Assembly: GCA_036700905.1 (NCBI GenBank)
Contig: JAUBPT010000012.1
Source: Microcoleus sp. S13_C3
GTDB lineage: Bacteria; Cyanobacteriota; Cyanobacteriia; Cyanobacteriales; Microcoleaceae
DNA length: 21,021 nucleotides
Strand: one strand, 5' to 3'
Shown: positions 7,705 through 12,634 of the stretch, in pieces
How the letters are laid out: every line of letters begins with the position of its first letter
Position numbering within the stretch: the stretch's first letter is position 1
The notes under the pieces: model-generated
Databases searched by the model: none
The model's input: only the letters and a program-made list of their open reading frames with translations
What the model was told of the DNA's origin: nothing
Position numbers and translations under genes: made by a program

Positions 7705-7917
7705 ATGGGGTTAATTCGGTTGCGGGTTCGAGAACTAGCCCAAGAGAAGGGTTGGACGTTGAAAGAAGTTTCTGAGCGATCGGGCATTCCTTACAGTACC
7801 GTTAGAAGTTATGCCCATTCTCCCAAACTGGCAACTGTAGACTATACAGCTTTAAACAAAATGGCTCGCGTGTTTGATATTGCGATCGAAGATTTAGTGG
7901 AGATTTTGGAAGAGTAG
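7705..7917 (+). CDS. XRE/Cro-C1-type helix-turn-helix protein, 70 aa (array copy 3, type C, A/B mosaic)
   Basis: MGLIRLRVRELAQEKGWTLKEVSERSGIPYSTVRSYAHSPKLATVDYTALNKMARVFDIAIEDLVEILEE. The N-terminal half resembles type B and the C-terminal half resembles type A. Confidence 0.88.
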   Translation: MGLIRLRVRELAQEKGWTLKEVSERSGIPYSTVRSYAHSPKLATVDYTALNKMARVFDIAIEDLVEILEE

Positions 7918-7937
7918 GCTGATTTATCGTTGGGAAT

Positions 7938-8150
7938 ATGGGACGAATTAGACTGCGAGTTCGAGAACTTGCTCAAGAGAAGGGTTGGACTCTCAGGGAA
8001 GTCTCCAACAGAACGGGTATTCCATACACTACGATCGCCACCTATGCCAGTTCTCCAGGCATGGCTACCGTTGACTACACAGCTTTGGACAAGATGGCTC
8101 GTGCGTTCGATATTGCGATCGAAGATTTAGTTGAGATTTTGGAACAGTAA
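7938..8150 (+). CDS. XRE/Cro-C1-type helix-turn-helix protein, 70 aa (array copy 4, type A')
   Basis: MGRIRLRVRELAQEKGWTLREVSNRTGIPYTTIATYASSPGMATVDYTALDKMARAFDIAIEDLVEILEQ. It lies 699 bp downstream of copy 1. By eye, 16 codons differ synonymously and 7 non-synonymously between the two. Confidence 0.88.
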   Translation: MGRIRLRVRELAQEKGWTLREVSNRTGIPYTTIATYASSPGMATVDYTALDKMARAFDIAIEDLVEILEQ

Positions 8151-8170
8151 ACTGATTTGTCAGCGGGAAG

Positions 8171-8383
8171 ATGGGGCTAATACGGTTGCGAGTTCGAGAA
8201 CTAGCCCAGGAAAAGGGTTGGACGCTGAAAGAAGTCTCTGACAGAACGGGAATTCCCTACAGCACGGTTAAAAAATACGCCCAAGCTCCCAAAATGGCAA
8301 CCGTGGACTACACGGCTTTGCAGAAACTTGCTGAAGTCTTCGATGTGATGGTGGAAGACTTGGTTGAGGTTTTGGAACGGTAA
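8171..8383 (+). CDS. XRE/Cro-C1-type helix-turn-helix protein, 70 aa (array copy 5, type B')
   Basis: MGLIRLRVRELAQEKGWTLKEVSDRTGIPYSTVKKYAQAPKMATVDYTALQKLAEVFDVMVEDLVEVLER. It lies 699 bp downstream of copy 2. By eye, 11 codons differ synonymously and 4 non-synonymously. Confidence 0.88.
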   Translation: MGLIRLRVRELAQEKGWTLKEVSDRTGIPYSTVKKYAQAPKMATVDYTALQKLAEVFDVMVEDLVEVLER

Positions 8384-8421
8384 ACTGATTTGTGATTTAG
8401 TTTTTGCACTTCTTGCAACAG

Positions 8422-8474
8422 TCCGTCGGGGGTTGAAACCCCCGCCTCAAAGCTCAAGTCGTCTAAAGACGACT
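8422..8474 (+). repeat. Bipartite hairpin repeat element, copy b
   Basis: TCCGTCGGGGGTTGAAACCCCCGCCTCAAAGCTCAAGTCGTCTAAAGACGACT. Hairpin 1 is CGGGGG/CCCCCG and hairpin 2 is AGTCGTC/GACGACT. Confidence 0.75.
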
Positions 8475-8535
8475 GAAAAGGCGATCGATCTCCGCTTCAA
8501 TCCTTTTTTTGAAATTTTTAATCAATCCTTTCTTC

Positions 8536-8590
8536 AGTCCACAAAGCGTGGACTTTCGCTTTGAGGCAGGGGTTTCAACCCCTGCCGGAA
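8536..8590 (-). repeat. Bipartite hairpin repeat element, copy c (inverted relative to copy b)
   Basis: The reverse complement reads TTCCGGCAGGGGTTGAAACCCCTGCCTCAAAGCGAAAGTCCACGCTTTGTGGACT. Copies b and c face each other across a 61-bp spacer. Confidence 0.75.
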
Positions 8591-8697
8591 TCTGGCAACA
8601 AATGCAAGATATCAGTTCGATCGCATTAATGCGGATATTGGAATTTTCCGGTTGTAGATTAGAGTCAAGAGTTGTTCATTCTGCCGGAGTTATATTA

Positions 8698-9189
8698 ATG
8701 CCAATTAATCGTCTGTCTGACATAGAAGAGAACTTGGAATCGCTGCGAGAGCAATTAGGGGGCAAGGAGAAGGCTCGAGTTTTAGCACGATTAGAAGATA
8801 AAACCCTAATTCAACAGCAAATTAGAGAGCTATGTAAGGAGATTCAGGAAGAGGAAGAAAAGTATTGGCAGGTTCTCGCTCAGCAAACGAAAACGGTAGA
8901 AATTCCCGAACATGAGGCAGAGATTATTGTTGCCGAGATTGTCGAAGAAGTTGGGCAAATTCAAGTGCAGGGACAGTATTCAGAGGAAGTGCTTAAGATT
9001 TTGCAGGAGATTCGGGACAAGCTAAACCAACCGGGAGCAACAGCGGCCGCGAAACTTAAAGGCGTAATCTCAAGCATTCCGCCGTTTGTAGGAATTTCCA
9101 TAGAGGCAGAATTGGATACAGAGAATTTTTTACAGCAGCATTTCCCAACGTTTCGGAAGTGGTCTAAGGAATTAGCAAAAAAGTCCTAG
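8698..9189 (+). CDS. Coiled-coil protein of unknown function; probable N-terminal module of the downstream NB-ARC/TPR protein
   Basis: ATG at 8698 has GGAG 8 nt upstream. The ORF-track start at 8509 runs through repeat element c and is unlikely. MPINRLSDIEENLESLREQLGGKEKARVLARLEDKTLIQQQIRELCKEIQEEEEKYWQ looks coiled-coil. An acidic stretch follows, then a hydrophobic Gly/Ala/Pro-rich segment (GATAAAKLKGVISSIPPFVGISIEA). The ORF ends at TAG 9187-9189, immediately after A_AAA_AAG. Confidence 0.6.
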   Translation: MPINRLSDIEENLESLREQLGGKEKARVLARLEDKTLIQQQIRELCKEIQEEEEKYWQVLAQQTKTVEIPEHEAEIIVAEIVEEVGQIQVQGQYSEEVLKILQEIRDKLNQPGATAAAKLKGVISSIPPFVGISIEAELDTENFLQQHFPTFRKWSKELAKKS

Positions 9190-9220
9190 ACCTGGAGCGA
9201 AAAACACTCAATCCAGGTTT
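9166..9220 (+). other. Putative -1 ribosomal frameshift cassette (SD-like AAGGA, slippery A_AAA_AAG, downstream hairpin)
   Basis: AAGGA lies at 9166-9170. The heptamer A AAA AAG at 9177-9183 is in the correct phase for the 8698-9189 frame (codons AAA 9178-9180 and AAG 9181-9183). The stem AGACCTGGA (9188-9196) pairs with TCCAGGTTT (9212-9220), giving 9 bp with one G-U pair and a 15-nt loop, starting 4 nt after the heptamer. The -1 frame is open from 9168 and continues into the NB-ARC ORF. Confidence 0.5.
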
Positions 9221-9293
9221 CACAAGTTTTTACCAACTATACGATATTCCCTCCGAACTAGGTTCAAAAAACTTTGTCGGACGGGATGAAGAG

Positions 9294-11717
9294 ATGCAGC
9301 AATTGCACGGATTGTTGCAGGATGGAAGGCGCGTTGCCATTGCCGCTGCGTCGGGAATGGGCGGCATCGGCAAGACAGAATTGGCATGGCAGTATGCAAC
9401 ATTTCACCGCGAGTGCAACACCTATCCAGCCGGGATTTGGTGGGTGTTTGTGCGGGAAATCGATTTAGCGCCGCAGGTGTTGCAGAAAGCGCTGCGAATG
9501 GGAATTCAGCCGCCGGATACTCTCGACAATCTGGAGGAACGGTTGCAATTTTGCTACGAAGAGTGGGCAAAACAAACCTCTGGCAATGCTCTGCTGGTAT
9601 TGGATGATGTCAACGATTACCGCACCGTGGAGCGGTTGCTGCCTAGAAATCCCCGCTTTAAAGTGTTGCTGACAGCGCGACAAATTGTGCCGTCGCCTGT
9701 GGGGTGTTTGCCGTTAAAAGTGTTGAAACCAAAGGCGGCGCTAAACTTGCTGTGGCTGACGGCAGAGGATTTGCCGGGAAACGGACTCGGACGGATTGAT
9801 GCCCAGCTTGAAGATGCTCAAGCGCTTTGTCAGTGGTTGGATTATTTGCCTTTGGGCATCGAACTGGTAGGGCGCCATCTGCGGCGCAAGCGGGCGCTCT
9901 CCTTGGCAGAAATGCTGCAACGGTTGCATAGTCAGCGATTGGAGGCGCGGGCATTGCAGGAGGCGGAAGCTGGGATGACGGCTAGGCGCGGAGTGGCGGC
10001 TGCCTTTGAGTTGAGTTGGGCGGAGTTGAACCCTCCGGCGCGGACGCTGGGGTGTCTGCTGAGCGTGTTTGCTCAGGCTCCGATTCCTTGGGAGTTGGTA
10101 GCCGAGTGTTTGCCGGGTTGGGATGAGGAGGAGTTGGAGGATTGTCAGGATTACGAACTGCTGGAACAGAGTTTGCTGTCGCTGGTGGAGGATGAAACCT
10201 CAGATTCGGGTCAATCTGGGCTGGTACAGCCACGCTATCAACTTCATGCTTTGATTCGGGAATTTTTTGCGGTCAAATTGCAGGGGCGCGCCGATGCTGA
10301 GGATTTGCGGAGAAGTTTTGCGGTGGCGCTGACAGACGTGGCGGAGACGATTCCGCAGACTGTAATGCTGGAGGTGCAGGAACGGGTGAAGGAGGCGCTG
10401 CCCCATTTGGAGGTGGTGGCGGAGCAATGGTCGCATTTACTGGAAGATAGTGCTGATGCTATGTGGTCTTTCACGGGCTTAGCGCGGGTTGCCGAGGAAC
10501 AGAGTTTGTGGGCAGAAGCGGAGAAATGGTTGAAAGCTTGCCTCCAGATGACAGAGAAACGCTGCGGAGCCGAACATCCCGATACGGCAGATAGTTTGAA
10601 CAATCTGGCAGCGCTGTACAAGGCAATAGGACGCTACCCGGAGGCGGAACCCTTGTGTATGCGATCGCTCTGGATCTGGGAGCAACAGCTCGGAGTCGAC
10701 CATCCCCATACGGCAACGAGTTTGAACAATCTGGCAGCGCTGTACGAGTCAATGGGACGCTACCCGGAAGCAGAACCCTTGTATGTGCGATCGCTCTGGA
10801 TCTGGGAGCAGCAGCTCGGAGTTGACCATCCCCATACGGCTCAGAGTTTGAACAATCTGGCAGGGCTGTACAGGGCAATGGGACGCTATTCGGAGGCGGA
10901 ACCCTTGTGTGTGCGATCGCTCGCCATCAGAGAACAGCAGCTTGGAGCCTATCATCCCGATACGGCTCAGAGTTTGAACAATCTGGCAGAGCTATACCGT
11001 GTAATGGGTTGCTACCTGGAGGCGGAACCCTTGTGTGTGCGATCGCTCGCCATTAGAGAGCAGCAGCTCGGAGCCTATCATCCCGATATCGCAACGAGTT
11101 TGAATAATCTGGGATTGCTGTACTATGCAATGGGATGCTACCCGAAGGCGAAACCCTTGTATGAGCGAGCGCTCGCCATTAGGGAGCAGAAGCTTGGAGC
11201 TGACCATCCCGATACCGCAACGAGTTTGGAAAATCTGGCAAATTTATACCGTGCAATGGATCGTTACTCGGAGGCGGAACCCTTGTTAGTGCGATCGCTC
11301 TCTATCTGTCAGCAGCAGCTCGGAGCCTACCATCCCTATACCGCAACGACTTTGAACAATCTGGCAGGGCTGTACAAGGCAATGGGTCGCTACCCGGAAG
11401 CAGAACCCTTGTATGTGCGATCGCTCTCGATCTGGGAGCAGCAACTCGGAGCCGACCATCCTCATACGGCATTGAGTTTGAACAATCTGGCAGGGCTGTA
11501 CGGTGCAATGGGTCGCTACCAGGAGGCGGAACGGTTTTTTCTGGGAGCATTAGAAATCTTGTTTAACCGATTGGGAGAAGATCATCCCGACACCCAAACC
11601 GTTTGGAGCAATTTCATTTATTTTCTCCAGCAGACCATATCAACTGGTCAAGACTCCCAACTTTCCCAGCATCCAGCAACGCAAGCAATGCTTCAGCAAC
11701 TTCGGGAGACGGAGTAG
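9294..11717 (+). CDS. NB-ARC domain / TPR-repeat STAND NTPase (NLR-like); 9294 is only the first ATG, and the frame is open and clearly coding from 9168
   Basis: The P-loop is GMGGIGKTELA, Walker B is LLVLDDV, KVLLTARQ is RNBS-B-like, YLPLGIELVG is GLPLA-like, and YQLHALIREF is MHD-like. About nine 42-aa TPR units of the kinesin-light-chain type follow (HPDTAxSLNNLAxLYxAMGRYxEAEPLxxRSLxIxEQQLG). Upstream of the ATG the same frame encodes ...YQLYDIPSELGSKNFVGRDEEMQQLH, the usual pre-P-loop FVGR-E-EL motif. There is no ATG, GTG or TTG between 9168 and 9293. Confidence 0.9.
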   Translation: MQQLHGLLQDGRRVAIAAASGMGGIGKTELAWQYATFHRECNTYPAGIWWVFVREIDLAPQVLQKALRMGIQPPDTLDNLEERLQFCYEEWAKQTSGNALLVLDDVNDYRTVERLLPRNPRFKVLLTARQIVPSPVGCLPLKVLKPKAALNLLWLTAEDLPGNGLGRIDAQLEDAQALCQWLDYLPLGIELVGRHLRRKRALSLAEMLQRLHSQRLEARALQEAEAGMTARRGVAAAFELSWAELNPPARTLGCLLSVFAQAPIPWELVAECLPGWDEEELEDCQDYELLEQSLLSLVEDETSDSGQSGLVQPRYQLHALIREFFAVKLQGRADAEDLRRSFAVALTDVAETIPQTVMLEVQERVKEALPHLEVVAEQWSHLLEDSADAMWSFTGLARVAEEQSLWAEAEKWLKACLQMTEKRCGAEHPDTADSLNNLAALYKAIGRYPEAEPLCMRSLWIWEQQLGVDHPHTATSLNNLAALYESMGRYPEAEPLYVRSLWIWEQQLGVDHPHTAQSLNNLAGLYRAMGRYSEAEPLCVRSLAIREQQLGAYHPDTAQSLNNLAELYRVMGCYLEAEPLCVRSLAIREQQLGAYHPDIATSLNNLGLLYYAMGCYPKAKPLYERALAIREQKLGADHPDTATSLENLANLYRAMDRYSEAEPLLVRSLSICQQQLGAYHPYTATTLNNLAGLYKAMGRYPEAEPLYVRSLSIWEQQLGADHPHTALSLNNLAGLYGAMGRYQEAERFFLGALEILFNRLGEDHPDTQTVWSNFIYFLQQTISTGQDSQLSQHPATQAMLQQLRETE
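10575..11600 (+). repeat. Tandem 126-bp repeats encoding the TPR array
   Basis: CATCCC(G/C)A recurs at 10575, 10701, 10827, 10953, 11079, 11205, 11331, 11457 and 11583, an exact 126-bp period. Confidence 0.9.
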
Positions 11718-11879
11718 CTGTTGCTGCTAGAGCGATTGTTTCCAATTTCTCACTCCAATTTTTGGCGCATCGCTTCATCTACAAAACTCCAGTTTCCAGA
11801 TGGAAAGACAATGATTTGCAGTTCGTCGCCTGCGAAAATGTCAAGTTCGCCACTTTGTGGGTCAAAGCGGAATAGTGGG

Positions 11880-12116
11880 TTATGGAACCTCTTCTAATTC
11901 AGGAATATGTTCAGCTTCATAGTTTTCGACTAAAACACCAATAACGTCCATCATCGAAGCCAGGGGATGACTTTCATCCTCGCCCACTCGATCGATAAGG
12001 CTATCCAGTAGTTCAACTAAACGCTCGTATTCCTGTTCGGTGTGAGGGACAAAAACCATTTTAGCAATGGATGACCAAGCACCAATTGTTTGATCTAGAT
12101 TAAGACTTTGCATCAT
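11880..12116 (-). CDS. HigA-like antitoxin, N-terminal domain only (no HTH domain)
   Basis: ATG at 12116 overlaps the higB stop (ATGA), so the GTG at 12125 in the ORF track is less likely. VPHTEQEYERLVELLDSLIDRVGEDESHPLASMMDVIGVLVENYEAEH aligns by eye with the N-terminal part of E. coli HigA (IQNEEQYTQALELVDHLL...PLLDLVCAKITAWEE). The protein stops at 78 aa, where full-length HigA continues into an XRE-type HTH. Confidence 0.65.
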   Translation of the reverse strand: MMQSLNLDQTIGAWSSIAKMVFVPHTEQEYERLVELLDSLIDRVGEDESHPLASMMDVIGVLVENYEAEHIPELEEVP

Positions 12117-12400
12117 TCTTTCCACCTTTCTTCATCGTACTCTGAGTGAGTTAATACAGCTCGAATGTAGACTTTGTGCCGATTGTAATGAATAGCAGCA
12201 ATGAGTCTAACTTTATTCCCTCCAATGTTGAAAACAGTCAATTTCCCTACTCGATCGGCAGATGGAAATATTTCGCGGAGTTCAACGAAGGTCGCAAATT
12301 CATTTTGTTTGACGAGTTTGTACCACTGAACCAAGGCATTTGTTGTATCTGGATGAAGTTTAGCAAACTCATTCAGCCGTTTGCGGGTAATCACGTGCAT
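12113..12400 (-). CDS. higB: Type II toxin-antitoxin system HigB family toxin (RelE-fold mRNA interferase)
   Basis: MHVITRKRLNEFAKLHPDTTNALVQWYKLV...FPSADRVGKLTVFNIGGNKVRLIAAIHYNRHKVYIRAVLTHSEYD parallels E. coli HigB (MHLITQKALKDAAEKYPQH...VFNVGGNELRVVAMVFFESQKCYIREVMTHKEYD). The toxin-first gene order is typical of higBA. Confidence 0.88.
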   Translation of the reverse strand: MHVITRKRLNEFAKLHPDTTNALVQWYKLVKQNEFATFVELREIFPSADRVGKLTVFNIGGNKVRLIAAIHYNRHKVYIRAVLTHSEYDEERWKE

Positions 12401-12528
12401 ATTAATTTACTCATGCCTCCTCCTCTTTAATTTTTGGCGTTTTACTCAGGATGACATATGGGCTTTGTGTAACATCAATTCAATTTTACCATGAGGATTA
12501 CAGGTAGATTGCGATTTGTCGTTTGGTG

Positions 12529-12594
12529 GGGGCGGGTTTTTGAGATTGTCTATCTGTCTCGTAAATGGTTGGTGAACCCGCCCCTACAGGTCGA
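12529..12594. repeat. 10-bp perfect inverted repeat GGGGCGGGTT ... AACCCGCCCC with a 46-nt spacer, between the ubiD 3' end and the higB upstream region
   Basis: The arms lie at 12529-12538 and 12585-12594. No U-tract follows on the ubiD strand, so it is not a canonical intrinsic terminator. Confidence 0.4.
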
Positions 12595-12634
12595 TCGAGG
12601 ATGTGCGATATCTCAGATTTTACGGTTGATTCCC

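Larger units (their letters stand above)
7239..8394 (+). repeat. Tandem gene array: five units of 233 bp (213-bp gene plus 20-bp spacer), with a 699-bp higher-order repeat
   Basis: Start codons fall at 7239, 7472, 7705, 7938 and 8171. The spacer is TAA-ACTGATTTGTCAGCGGGAA(A/G)-ATG and is degenerate between copies 3 and 4. The first 11 nt of the spacer persist after copy 5 (8384-8394). Confidence 0.95.

Noticed and set aside
7189-8130. Alternative-frame ORFs inside type A HTH copies (7189-7374 and 7930-8130) and the antisense ORF 7590-7787.
   Set aside because: They overlap the well-supported HTH frames. They are open only in some copies and have no recognisable motifs, so they are most likely by-products of the repeated sequence.
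7239-8394. The regular 233-bp periodicity could be mistaken for a CRISPR-like or non-coding satellite array.
   Set aside because: Each unit is a complete 70-aa ORF with HTH motifs. Differences between units are mostly synonymous, and there is no short repeat/unique spacer alternation.
8364-8697. ORF 8364-8564 and the upstream part of ORF 8509-9189.
   Set aside because: Both read through the inverted hairpin repeat elements (8422-8474 and 8536-8590). Translation of a dispersed structured repeat is unlikely. A good SD plus ATG occurs at 8698.
9220-10436. Several antisense and off-frame ORFs across the NB-ARC region (9220-9570, 9274-9468, 9386-9607, 9465-9683, 9658-9954, 9741-9929, 9982-10233, 10200-10436).
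   Set aside because: They lie inside a strongly supported NB-ARC coding frame and have Pro/Arg/Ala-rich compositions typical of wrong-frame translation of GC-rich coding DNA.
10244-11550. Antisense ORFs over the TPR repeats, which look repetitive and protein-like (MPCTALPDCSNS...).
   Set aside because: Their periodicity only mirrors the 126-bp TPR repeats on the opposite strand. The sense frame has canonical TPR consensus.
11603-11879. Plus ORF 11603-11875, and a start-less minus-strand frame encoding LFRFDPQSGELDIFAGDELQIIVFPSGNWSFVDEAMRQKLE downstream of higA.
   Set aside because: The plus ORF mostly overlaps the 3' end of the STAND gene in another frame. The minus-strand stretch has no start codon and is only about 45 aa. 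It may be a gene remnant, but I cannot support it as a feature.
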